From: Antedon mediterranea
Lineage: Eukaryota; Animalia; Echinodermata
Length of the DNA: 64,000 nucleotides
Assembly: GCF_964355755.1 (NCBI RefSeq)
Contig: NC_092679.1
Span: 18,397,432 to 18,461,431, forward strand
Reading direction: 5' to 3'
Shown here one piece after another: positions 1 through 11,489 of this stretch (the first letter of the stretch is position 1; every line of letters starts with the position of its first letter). Below the pieces are notes generated by a model. It searched no databases, was not told the origin of the DNA, and worked only from the letters and a program-made list of their open reading frames with translations. The translations under genes and the position numbers were made by a program.

Positions 1-154
1 GATAAGTGTACCTTTTTAAAGGATTTGTACCTGAATATGTGTTGACCATATTATAAACTTAGAACAAGGAGGTACCTCCCTGGCCCTGCTTAGAAAGTGT
101 CTGCTGAATAGGGGTGTCCTAAAGCAGGTGCCATACCTGTTCACCTCTACTTAC

Positions 155-549
155 TGGGGTCCATTTTGAAGAACTGCAGTAACTGGGGTATACACCGACA
201 ACCATGTTGACGTCTCCTCTGACAGCTGCTCACTTCTCCTGATAATAATATGACAATGAGCATTAATAATTGAAGTCAGTTTATAGTGTTTACTTTACAC
301 TTTAAATAGTACAGTTTCCATTTGAAAGCATGCGAACACCGCATTCAAATACTCAAATATTTATAGTAATTTGTATTTGTTAACTTACCATTCTGGTAAA
401 CATGTTACCTTTACCCGAACTTCATCGATGCCAGTCTCATCATATGACAACGGTTGAGGTGTTTCTTCTTCAGATATGTTTTTACTGTTAGTAGTAGACT
501 TGGGGTTTGCAAGATACAAGGGAGGAGGTGGTGGAACTGGACTATTCAT
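155..549 (-). CDS. 5' part of an unidentified spliced gene running off the left edge (exons 389-549, 155-238)
   Basis: ATG at 549 opens MNSPVPPPPPLYLANPKSTT...VRVKVTCLPEW with a GTAAGT donor (phase 2). The next AG-flanked exon continues in frame (RSEQLSEETSTWLSVYTPVTAVLQNGP) to another GTAAGT. No family recognised. Confidence 0.5.
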
Positions 550-1675
550 TATATACCAGTAAAGACACCTATGTTTAACCTAGTCTGTCACAGCGTTAGT
601 TTGTAGGTCATTAGTTCGCCTGGGAAGTGCTGCTGTGCCACTTTAAGGAAAGTGCAATATTTGCTACACCAACCGGCCTAGCTTTAACACCATTGTTTAG
701 GCGGTAGTTTCCACATAAATTGCTAGAAACTCCAAACCTGTATTTCTATACCTTTCATAAAGAATGTACAGTTTATTATTTGCCATATAAAAATGTAAAA
801 GTACACTTAAATTTTAAAAAAACGAGCAGGACCGAGGTGGACGTTGGAATGTTCCGCTTGAATGGTTATTATCAAAATACTTTTCTATCTATGGAGCGCC
901 AATTGAAAAAAAATCAATACAGTAATTCAGGTTCAATTAGTCCGTAAATTTATTAATAAATTCTTGCATTAATGCACAAAATTCATTCAAATTCGTTATA
1001 TAATCATTTAAAGTCATTCATATTATTAAATTATTTTTTAAACAGCAATAATATAATTTGTTTTATAATACTAAACAAGCGAATATGCCTAATGCAAATT
1101 TAATAAATATATTGCACATATAAATTATTTAACTAGTCTACACATAGAAGGTTAGACATGTTTCACGCTGAAAGTACAGTATGCATCCTTTTAAAATATT
1201 TTATTCAATAGAATGTTTGCATTACTTTTCAGTGAGTTTTGTATTATTATTGCACATAAACAAATATATACAAATACAGTTGAAAGAAAGTTAAGCATTT
1301 ATAAATATTAATATATTTTTTTAATTATTTATTTTAATTTGATTGTCCCAGCCCATCTGAAGCTTTTACTTTCTGGAATTTCCACCTTAAATTTGCTTAT
1401 ATTACCTGTTTTATTTACTGAGAAAAGAGAAATAAATTTTACTTTGAATTGAAATGTAAAATGACATGCTGTAATAATATTTGTATATTACTACTAAAAT
1501 GATAGTAAACATAATTAAGTGAAAAGAAAACAAATTCTAAACAATTTCTACACATTATATGAGGAATAATAATACAATAATAGAAATAATAAAACAATTG
1601 TACTATGTATATATTCATTGTAACATGAAATGTAAACAAACATTGTAACATAATAAAATATATTGTTATTGTTTT

Positions 1676-4261
1676 TTAACATTCATTGTTAAAATATTGT
1701 TGGTTCTCCGATACTTCAAGCATTACTTCTGCAACAACTTTATCCTACAAGAAAAAAAAAAGAACAGTATTTATATACAGAATGAAATTTCTTTTGCAAT
1801 AACTTTCATAAAACGTCAGTAAATACATTCTCTCGTTATATCATATATCGTGAGTAGTCTAGCAATGTTCTTATATCTTTTTATAAATTTAAGATCTCTT
1901 TTTAAATCTTTTGTATGCATAAGATTTGAATGGATTATTTCTATTGAGTATACTTTTTACCATTTTCATCTGACTTGATATGATCATGTAAACAACCCTT
2001 CTCTTAAGCTCTGTCTACACTATCAAACTAGTTTGACAAAAATGTGTGATATGCCCAAATATGGTAGTGATATCCATATATGGGTACATCACATTTTTTT
2101 GTCACATAAAGTTTGATAGTGTAGACAATGCTTTAGAGTATTTCAGTACATCGGGACATGTATACTAAATATTGGAAGAATCTGAAATGTTAAAACATAC
2201 CTTTTGGGCAATTGCAGCTGCAATTTTCGCAGCCTCTACTTCTTGCTGTAAAGCTTCAAACTGCAACTTCTTTCGCAACCTGTATGCTTTGCTTCTTACT
2301 CGATTTCTTTCTTTCCTTTTTAGTATTTCTTCTGGGGATAGTTCCTTACTTTTTGTTGGATATGGTTGCTATATTGTATTATAAAAAACAAAATCAAAAT
2401 GTTTAATTGACTGTGTAGTTGTTTTTGAAGAATTTTCTTTTTCATGTATCTCTACTATTGGGCAATATTTTTCGACAGTTACCTTAATATATCCCCTGAT
2501 CAAATCAATATATCACCTGAACAAATCAATATATCACCTGAACAAATCAATATATCACCTGAACAAATCAATATATAACCTTATCAAATCAATGTATCAC
2601 CTGATCAAATCAATATATCATCTGATCAAATCAATATATCAATTGTAATAATTACCTACCTATGGTAGAGCCAGGATTTTGAAAAGATTACTCCAGTTGT
2701 CAAAAATATAAAATGAAGTGTTTAAATTAGTGTTTATTGCATTTAATTTAGGGGTTTCTGGGCCCATCTGGTTATCTTATTAAAAGCATTTACATACATT
2801 CCAACATCTGAAGTTAAAAAACAGGAGGTGGTGTTTTTTAGGTCAACAGCAGCCTCTATTTATTATCGAAAACAGGAGTGGTAAGGAGTTCAGTGTGTGA
2901 CGAGCAAGTGGTGGATATGAGGGAATCTAAAAAATGATGACCGCAGTTGGTTGTATAATGGCAACAAAAATTTGCTCGTATGTAAGCCTTTTTGTTATAT
3001 TTTAATACAGAAAACAACACATGTACATAATAAAAATTCAGTTAATCCTGGAAAAATGTGGAAACCCGGGAGCTCGATGTTAGGCTGGGATACGAGTCTA
3101 AAATATTGGCATGTATAATCAACTTACATATCTGAGAGAAGTCATTTCTGATTGGTAGTACTCTGTTTGAAAGTAGACTTTGCCTGGGTTGTTACTAATG
3201 TATGTTGTCAAATCCATGAAATTCTGGTCTGCCAATTGTTCTTGATAACATTGCATTAAATTGTCTTCTTTGTTCCCTTCATTGGCAACATACAGTGAAA
3301 GATCACTAGAAACCTTTGTTTCATGAATATTCAGTTCACCTAGAAATTTAATGAATATTTAATTTGTTCTGACGACAACTATATAATGTATTTCTCCAGG
3401 TATGTATGACAATCTAACAACAGGATACTGAGCTCTGAAGATCAAGGGGTTTACTGTATCTGTGGCTGCGACACGATCAGTTTCACGCCTCTTAACAGAC
3501 ACCTTGCACTGCAGAGATATGCACATTATGTACAGTACTGTTGGTATTTGTCGAAGCCAAGCTCAGTGTCCTGTTCCTGAGAAAAATCTATCAAAAATAG
3601 TCTATCATTCCATAATACAATCTGTTATATTATTTAAATGCTATACTTGTACAATTTTAAAACCATGGTGATGAATAAACAAACAAAACGAACTACCTAT
3701 AATTCCTAAAAATTCATGATCTTCTTCAGTTAATGTTATATTTTGTTTGCAAATAATTTCTGGAGAACTTAGTAAGTTATTGTTACACAGTTCTTGGGAG
3801 TTGGTCTCATAATAAAAATCCATTCTGTTTCTGTAAGATCAAAAAATAAAGTTTAATACTGTATATAAAAAATTCTTCAACTACTTCAACTGCCCATAAA
3901 TAATATTTATAATAGTTTGATCAAGTTTGTTGTAGATCGCACTCCTCAATGGCAGTTTAGGCACTCCTAAAAAGACAAGACCTGTTAGTTACCTCTCATT
4001 TGAGTTGTTTATATTGCCTATGGCAGCAAATCGCGAAGAAGGAGAACAAGTTGGGGTGAGCATCTTCGATGGACTATTTGACTCTATGAATGGAAAGGTT
4101 TCTTGACTGTCTTCCACACTTAACTCGCTTAGAAGACTATCAACTGACTCAGCATGATTGAATGTTGGTACAACCATAACAGTCGCATTCCTGGCTTCAC
4201 TGCAGGCCTTTTTAAGTACATTAGCAAAGTTTAATCTTTTTTCTTCAACTATGCTCATCAT
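1676..4261 (-). CDS. bZIP-like protein with C-terminal basic region (exons ~3993-4261, 3697-3830, 3128-3339, 2201-2368, 1676-1744; probable non-coding first exon ending near 4659)
   Basis: All junctions are GT-AG and phase-compatible. Exon 2201-2368 encodes EEILKRKERNRVRSKAYRLRKKLQFEALQQEVE, matching the bZIP N-x7-R-x9-L signature. Stop TAA at 1676-1678. Confidence 0.7.
2007..2132. mobile_element. Short palindromic MITE family A (Tourist/Harbinger-like), copy 1
   Basis: TIRs AGCTCTGTCTACACTATCAAACT...AGTTTGATAGTGTAGACAATGCT, flanked by TTA on both sides. Four more copies occur in the window. Confidence 0.8.
2495..2641. repeat. 21-bp minisatellite (CCTGAWCAAATCAATATATCA), about 7 copies, intronic
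   Basis: Direct tandem repetition visible in the sequence. Confidence 0.9.
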
Positions 4262-4719
4262 TGGTATGGTACTGTTATCTGTAGAGTAAAACAAACATAC
4301 TACATGTACTTACATGTTAGGCTCCCAGTCTAATATAGGCTTAGGGTAGGCCTAACCTACCTACTACAGTAGTCCGAGATAGGCCTATCTAGGCCTAGGC
4401 CTAGTCAAAATTTAACTTTTCATGTTTATCACTGTTGCAGTATGCCTAGCTAGGCTAGGCCTACTAGTAGTAGGTAAGGTAGGCCTACTACTCTAGGCTA
4501 GGCTAGCCTAAGGCTAGGCTAGTAGTAGCAAGCTAAAGTTAAGTTAATTTAGGCTAATTAGTTAGAGAATCCTAGACCTACTAAAAGTAATTATTTTGTC
4601 AGAGCATGATTTAATGAACATAACTTCAATATAATTAATAACTAAATGCAGAAATTACCCCACTGAATAAGTGAAGTTCTTCTTGTCTTGGTGTTTTTTT
4701 TTCTCTACTCTACACAAAC

Positions 4720-4900
4720 ACCACCACCGCCGGCGGCCCCTAGTGGTGGCGCGCACAGAGCGCACCGCCTGCATAATCACATGATCACGAAGTAAATTGT
4801 GATTGGTCTAAAGTTTAATCGGATTTCCGGTCGCGCAAAAAGTGGGCGTGGAATAAAATAAGGTTGAGATACCAAGAGAGGGCGTCCCATTTTGTAAACA
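4720..4900. promoter_or_regulatory. Bidirectional promoter between the bZIP-like gene and CHURC1
   Basis: CpG-rich patch in an AT-rich background between divergent starts. It has a CTCF-like GCGGCCCCTAGTGG (~4733-4746), an inverted CCAAT (GATTGG 4801), an ETS-like TTCCGG, an E2F-like CGCGCAAA and a GC-box GGGCGTGG. Confidence 0.6.
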
Positions 4901-4992
4901 AATGTTTGTAAATGATTGAACCAGTTGTAACTTGTATACAGTATTATTTTTTGTTTTACCAAAATCGCCTAAACGTTAAAATAAAGATAAAT

Positions 4993-5913
4993 ATGTGTTT
5001 CGATTGTATGAAACAGGCTTTTCCTAACAGGGTAGGTTATTGTTATTATTTTATATTATTTACACGTACTGTAGTTGTTTAGATATCTTGCAATACACAT
5101 TTTTGACTTTTTTAATCCAGCAACCTAGCTAGGCCCTAGATAGCTAGGCCTATATTCCTCACTCGATCACTATATTCCACTGCAAGAGACACTAGGCTAA
5201 TTCCTGATCTCAGTGATGGCTAATTCCGGTTGACTCAGCGACAGAGAGAGGCATCCTAGCCATACGTACGTATATAAAATATGTATGATACAATAAAATG
5301 TATATTGTAAAATTATTTATGATTAAATTAACATTTTCAGGGAGAAACCTGCTTAGACAGTGGCTCATATCTAATGAACTTCCAAGGTTGCAGTGAGTGC
5401 CAGAAAAAAGAGCAAATGAAAGTGCAAGAACGCAGAGTTGAAACAGATGAAGACGATGTAGAAACAATCGTTTATCAACGTATGTAAAATTTTAATTTCA
5501 GTTCAAATTAATTGGTATCAAGCGGTACTGTGTAAGTTGATGATTGTTGTATATACTGCATATCCCACTCACTCTCCACCGGTTTCACAGTACAAATGTC
5601 CATACTTAAGTTTTCGGTGCCCTTATTGCTTATACACAGTTACTGACTCCTATTATAATGATCAATTCATGATCACATGATCTTGCTTTAATATTTATTT
5701 AAAGTTGAAATAATTAATTCTACAATTTTAAACTATTTGTTTTTTATAGATGTATGTGGCAATTGTGGACATTTCATTGCTGAACATAAATATACATTCT
5801 ACGTTGACGAGGACTATCAGGAATATGAGATGTACTGTAGGCTATGTGGTCGTAGTGCCACATCAATTAGCATTATGCCAGTGGACCCTAAAATGCAGTC
5901 GGTACAGTTCTGA
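4993..5913 (+). CDS. CHURC1: Protein Churchill, zinc-binding, 113 aa (exons 4993-5031, 5341-5479, 5750-5913)
   Basis: Spliced product MCFDCMKQAFPNRGETCLDSGSYLMNFQGCSECQKKE...HVCGNCGHFIAEHKYTFYVDEDYQEYEMYCRLCGRSATSISIMPVDPKMQSVQF follows the Churchill Cys/His pattern along its whole length. It is absent from the ORF track. Confidence 0.96.
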
Positions 5914-6384
5914 AGATGTCAAAACAAGCTTGATCAGCATTAGTACACAGCTGCTGTTAATATTTTTACATAACTACATTGACAAAGCCAATACAGTAAT
6001 TTGGATTTCAATTATTTTCTGTAACGGCTATGAGAGCTCACTGGCTAAACCTAGGGGCCCCTGAGCAGTGCCCAGAAGTAAAAACATTCATTCAAATATG
6101 TCAAAAAAGGCTTTAGAGGGCCACTTAGAGTTCCTAAACCAGGGACCTCGGGTTTCTACGTTATGCCACTGCTTCTGTCTCATTCAATACATGCCGATAT
6201 TTTAATGTGTCCAGTATAGTTTTAATGAAATTATTCATATGTTATATTAATATCAGATTGGACACCAACTGGAAAGAAGACTCCAGTAGAAATAACTTAT
6301 ATTATTTGACATGCTGTCAAACAGTTTACTTTGAAATATTAAATTGTAATAAGATATTAATTATTAGTTCTATCTATTTTTTAC

Positions 6385-6525
6385 AAAAATAAACAAACTT
6401 TGTATACAATTGATAAACTTTTTTTTTTCTTGAAAATTTAAAGTTAACAAAAACGGTAAAAATAAACAAACTTTGTATACAATTGATAAACTTTTTTTTT
6501 TCTTGAAAATTTTAAGTTAACAAAA
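6385..6525. repeat. Tandem duplication of about 73 bp containing AATAAA, between the convergent CHURC1 and TRMT6 3' ends
   Basis: AAAAATAAACAAACTTTGTATACAATTGATAAAC...GTTAACAAAA occurs twice in tandem. Confidence 0.8.
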
Positions 6526-6823
6526 TCGGAAGTGACTAATTCCTCAAGTCGGTCATTCTCACTGTTTTCAATATTTACACATATTGTATGCACAATATTC
6601 TTAGACCTTTTTTTTTTATCAATCAAGAGAAAAGTCTTTACGCACAGTAATTGCTCAAGTGATAAATTTTATTTATAAATCAAAGATTTAACTGTAAAGT
6701 TTATTTGATAAATAAATATTAAATAGTTAAAACTTCTCAAATCTCATGAAATTGGATTTTATATGACAAAATATCGGCAATTCTTTCAAGAAATTGTTGT
6801 TATCATTCATTGTTATCACTTCA

Positions 6824-9800
6824 TTAATCTAGTGCTACCGTTGTGCCTGTCAGTAGATATCCACCAGAGGCACTCATCATCATCATTGGATGTGTCCTAT
6901 TGGGAAGAACCTGATACAAAAAAATAAAGTATCAAAAAGTTATTTATATGAAAATGTGCTTTTGGATTGTTTTACCAGGATTTCTAGACCCCAACCCAAT
7001 ACTACAATGCACTCTTAGGTAAAAGGAAACACAATTGTTGAAACACTTGCTAGCAATTAAGTATATAGTAGAACATATCTTAATATGGGTGTCTTCTAAA
7101 TAGCAGCATCCTGAACAAGGATGTGGAGTTGTGGCTTGGTCGTTATGATGCTTGGCTACCACTCCAAGGGTCCTGGGTTCAAGTCCCGTCACATGTCAGG
7201 ATTTTTTCTAAGGACCAAATTACTCCACTCCCAAAGACTTGTAATAAGACTTTGTTTATGTAGAGCATCTTGTGTATATGTTTGTCTTGTGAACCTCTGA
7301 GGGTCCCTAATGATCAGCAATAGCTGGATGTATCACCCTCATTAAATATGGTTGAAAATAATACATATATATATATCCAATCTGCAGACAGTACTGTTTC
7401 GATCTTATTAGATCTCGTCAGTGCAGCTCAGGTTTCGAAATATATATCCACCCAGGCAGCACTTGCCAGCTTTATACTATGACGTTATCCAAATTCCTTC
7501 ACTTGCACTGATGAAGGGCTAGTGTTGCCCGAAAGCTCTGCTAACATTTCTGGCTGTTTACTTTATCGTTTTGATTTAGCTTTTCGCTTTTTATTTTTGT
7601 ATCTCCATTGAGATCCAGCCACTGATACCCACAGCATTGTCATTTTTTCAGTAATTTGCCTTTGGATGGATATATATATACATATTGTCCCTTGTTTATT
7701 TCTCAATAGGTGTCCCTGTATTAAAAAGGTTTTGTACTATACCTGATATTCCCTCAGCCAAGTTTCTGTTATTCTAATATTGAGTATTCCTCCTCGCTCA
7801 CGAAGTTTAGTGTAGCACTCTACTAAAGCCTTAACAAAAAAATACAAAATAATGTTAATATTTATTTCCACAAAAAATAGAGCAAAATACAGAGTGTATT
7901 TTTTATTTTTTTTTTCGGTATATAAAAATATATTACAAAACGACAGTCAAGGACTGAAATAAATTGTATTACAAATAAATAAAAATTAGTTAAAATTGCT
8001 ATAAAAATAGTAACATCTTATTAAAATTAGATATCGTACCATAAAATTAAAAAAAAACTTTTTTAAATTCCCACAAATTATATATTAGTGTAATACATGT
8101 TTTAATGAATATATCGACTTATTTCTTAGACTTTAGATCCCAGACACATTATATTGGTTTAAAAGTAAATATTTACCTCACGAAATGGACTGAAGACTAC
8201 AAATTGTCTTGATGGTAAAAGCAGATCAATGAGTGTCATTAGTAAAGGTTCAGGTTGGAATTTTGAAGCTATGAGAAGGCTTAGGGAAAGAAAAAAGTAC
8301 ATGTATTGTAAAACAATATTTGTTGTCGTTGCATACTAGTTATGCAACCTACACTATCAAACTAGTTTGACAAAAAAAGTGTGATGTGTCCAAATATGGT
8401 AGTGTTATGACACCATCATATCCATATATGGGCACCTCACATAAGGTTTGATAGTGTAGACAGGGCTTAATTCTACACACACAATAGCAAACAGTATAAT
8501 AGCTTGATACTTACACATCCATGTTCTTAGCTTTTAGTAAATTTCTTGTGTTGTTGAGGAGCAGTTTTTTCTGAAGTCTTCTTTCTTGTTCAGTATTCTA
8601 AAAGGTAGAATAAGTAATATACTTTGAGTTTTTAAATTAAGAGAAACTGTAAGAGAATGTACCACATTAGAAAGCTCCTGCACGTCACAATGACCCCCGC
8701 ATGTGTACCATGTCATGTGACCCTAGACACATCACTTCCTGTAAAATTATGTATCTCATCACATTTAATCATTTTTGTTATACCATTTCAGTTTTTGGAT
8801 CATCTCCACCAGGTTTTTCTTCACTTTCATCCATCTTTTCATCGTCAGGTTCTCCCTCAAGTCTTTGCCTTTTGGGTATCCTTTCCACTTCCTCCTCCTC
8901 CTCCTCCTCTTCCCGGAAAACTGTAGAAACCTTGTTCATTGGGAATGTGTGTATTATCTTCTTGTATTCATCCGGAAAGTTGCAAGAGTCCATGACCTGC
9001 CATACTGGAAAATCTTCCGAATGTATTTGAAAGAGGTTTCCATGTCCTGTATATAAAATAATAAAATCATAATTCTTCGTCACATGCTAGCAAAAATTTA
9101 AGTTGATTTTTACTTTAATTTCTATTGAATTTTAATCGTAGGGCAAGGGATACATTATAGTATACTAACAACAAATGAGGATATTATAATAATATGGAGC
9201 TTTCGTTTTGCGTCGACCAAACTACGTCATGTTAGTTCATTGTGCGCATGCATATACAGTGTATGTGTGACCTTATTCCTCACCTAGACACAGTTTTGAT
9301 GGCTTTTAGGTCCAGATGAAGACCGACAACACATCGGTCGTGCATATGACATAAACTTGCAGGCCACATGTGGAAAACCACAGTTCTATTATATATAGGG
9401 GATTATAAATGGATGCTTTATATGTATGTAATTTGTACAACTAGTACATACTATGGGATTATAATTATGCTTCATATGTATATGTAATTTGTAAAACTAA
9501 TAATGGGATTATAAAGGCTTCATATGTATATGTAATTTGTACAACTAGTACATACCAGCCATTCTTTCTAGCACTGCACTCAGTAACAGACCTTGACAGG
9601 TTTCAACAAGCACTACATTTAAACCGCTTTGAACGTTCCCTTGTGTTAAGATCTGGGACATGGTGTCCATTCTTATGTGTCTGCAGAAAGAAACACATCA
9701 CATAATCAAGAGGCAAATTTGGCAGATGAAGGAAGCGACCTCATTCTCCTGAAATGTCCTGAAGGATATCAGTCACTGTACTAGGCAATAGCATTTTAAA

Positions 9801-11489
9801 TTGAGAAATTTTAGAAGTACTGTATTTTAGTGCTTCTTTAGATAGAAGAATGTATTTAATCTACTCCATGAATTATTTGATAAGCGGTTAGCAAAGAGAT
9901 TTCTAATATGTCAGTTTCAATGATGCGCTATGGCTTATTATACTGAAAACTGCTGTCTATGGCACGCCTTCTCAATCCGTCATACTTACAAGCACTTAGA
10001 CGGCCCCTTCATCATATACATATCGCATAGTAACCTTATACTTGGTCTTAGAATTCGGAATCGTAGCATGTGTCTGAAAAATAATCAACCTTTTTATCTG
10101 CATTTAAAGCATTAAACTTGATTTTAAAATCATGTAACCTTCTATAAAATTATAACACAAAACAAAATTGGAAATAACATCAAATATAATTCCTCTAGAT
10201 AGATAAGAGCTTACTTTTTTTTCTTCTTTTTGAGATATTTTTCTTGAGAAAATACTGTTTTACTCTTAAATGTTGCGCTATTTTCCACAATTTGCTCAAC
10301 CAGATCCTAATGTTAAAAAACAAAATGAAAAAGATGACAATATACATTTTACAACATATCTGTTCTGTAATTGCAAATTTACAAGAATTACAACTATGTT
10401 CTCCAGAAATCAATCAATCGCCTTCTCACATTCCCTTTACCTGTCCCTGTACACCTTGTGATTTCATAGCAGCTATGTCATCTCTTGTTAATCGTTGAGA
10501 TGTACCATCGTCAACAAGAGACCTGTTGTCATGGCCACCAGTGGTTCCTTCAGCTGTAAAAAGACAATGAAATAGTTGAATTGGGATGAAATAGATGATG
10601 TTGCCTGGGCAATGACATCAACACCCTCAAAAAGCTTTATTTCTCATCCCTCTTTCCCAACTCATCTCACTAAAAAAAATTGTTTTCACTTGTTTGAATG
10701 CTTGGGTTCAAACAACTTTATGGGGAATTGTAATATATTGCAGTTGAATAGTAATGATATATTTCATGGTGAATATAACGAGAAAGGTGAATGACCTGAT
10801 GCCAATCACCATTATCATCTTCACTTGATTGTTACCTTGTTCCTCTTCATCAGGTTGAACTTGTTTTATAGTTCTGTCAACAACATCCCATAAGGTACCA
10901 TAAGGTTTGCCAATGGCAGGATCAATGCTGAAATTCCTTTTTAAAAGGAAGATATTTCTGTGAAATAGGAAAATATTGGATCAACAAAATTGTGTTGTGT
11001 ATTTTTGGTTTTTTTTTCATTCTGTCATAATGTTGGCAATCCATGGAAAGTATTGTCCTTTAAACTACATTTTTTACGATGACGTTTCTCTATGAATTGG
11101 CATGGTAAAGTTGGCAAAAGGTTGTCAATGTCAGCTACAAACAGTTTTTAAAATTAGATTTCCTGTTGTCTTGGCATAATGACACAAATATAATGGTAGT
11201 ATTATTAGCTCCATATCAGTTCGCCTACAGAATTAAATTAGCACGGAATTGTGAAATTAATGGGATCACTTCCTGTATATTTTGAAAGAGGATGTTTACG
11301 CCTGACTCGTGCATGTCACACCATCTACAAGCCATAAGCGACTCACTACTACTTCTTGTCTCAACCTCTCATACGGTAGGGACTATAATTATTCACCAAC
11401 CTGTTTCTAAAAATCTTCACTAATTTAAGATCATTCCCTCGTTTTAGTATAAGAGAATCACCGGCATTTATAACACTACTGTGATCCAT
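6824..11489 (-). CDS. TRMT6: tRNA (adenine(58)-N1)-methyltransferase non-catalytic subunit (11 exons: 11401-11489, 10836-10957, 10441-10553, 10215-10306, 9990-10073, 9556-9680, 8784-9046, 8515-8597, 8177-8279, 7743-7829, 6824-6910)
   Basis: Phase-consistent GT-AG exons encode Gcd10/TRM6 motifs: IGKPYGT, DNRSLVDDGTSQRLTRDDI, IVENSATFKSKTVFSQEKYLKKKKK, IRMDTMSQIL, ETCQGLLLSAVLERM, LIASKF, ECYTKLRERGG, ETWLREYQVLPNRTHP, GGYLL. Confidence 0.96.
7119..7362 (+). mobile_element. tRNA-derived SINE-like element in the last TRMT6 intron
   Basis: A-box-like TGGCTTGGTCG and B-box GGTTCAAGTCC at tRNA spacing, no intact cloverleaf, about 170 bp of tRNA-unrelated body, and an AT-rich tail. Confidence 0.65.
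7382..7426 (-). ncRNA. Minimal type I hammerhead ribozyme with intact core
   Basis: Reverse complement reads cugca-CUGACGA-gaucu-aaua-agauc-GAA-acag-ua-cugu-C-ugcag. Stems I, II and III are fully paired, all core nucleotides are present, and the cleavage triplet is GUC. Confidence 0.9.
7503..7543 (+). ncRNA. Second minimal type I hammerhead ribozyme (Penelope/retrozyme type), within a ~240-bp element at 7441-7680
   Basis: uugca-CUGAUGA-a-gggc-uaguguu-gccc-GAA-agcu-C-ugcua: conserved core, 4-bp stem II, palindromic AGCU in place of stem III, and one mismatch in stem I. Confidence 0.75.
8348..8468. mobile_element. MITE family A, copy 2 (left TIR truncated)
   Basis: CTACACTATCAAACTAGTTTGACAAAA...GTTTGATAGTGTAGACAGGGCT, colinear with 2007-2132. 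Confidence 0.8.
9398..9555. repeat. Three degenerate ~50-bp tandem copies abutting a TRMT6 splice donor
   Basis: GGGATTATAA...TATGTAATTTGTACAACTA is repeated three times. Confidence 0.75.

Noticed and set aside
2797-2927. Extra exon of the bZIP-like gene
   Set aside because: It has a plausible AG acceptor and GT donor, but all three frames hit stops and the flanking exons join in phase without it. A frameshifted or poison exon cannot be excluded without RNA data.
5750-6064. 104-aa ORF from the track
   Set aside because: Wrong frame; the coding frame here is exon 3 of CHURC1.
7119-7195. Functional tRNA gene
   Set aside because: A and B boxes are present but the acceptor and anticodon stems do not pair properly, so it is treated as a SINE head. 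The same applies to 22585-22650.
9308-9352. Possible further hammerhead (CAGATGA-A-GACCGA-loop-TCGGTC-GTGC)
   Set aside because: It has a good 6-bp stem II-like hairpin, but both core strands deviate (CAGAUGA, and GUGC instead of GAAA). At most a dead relic.
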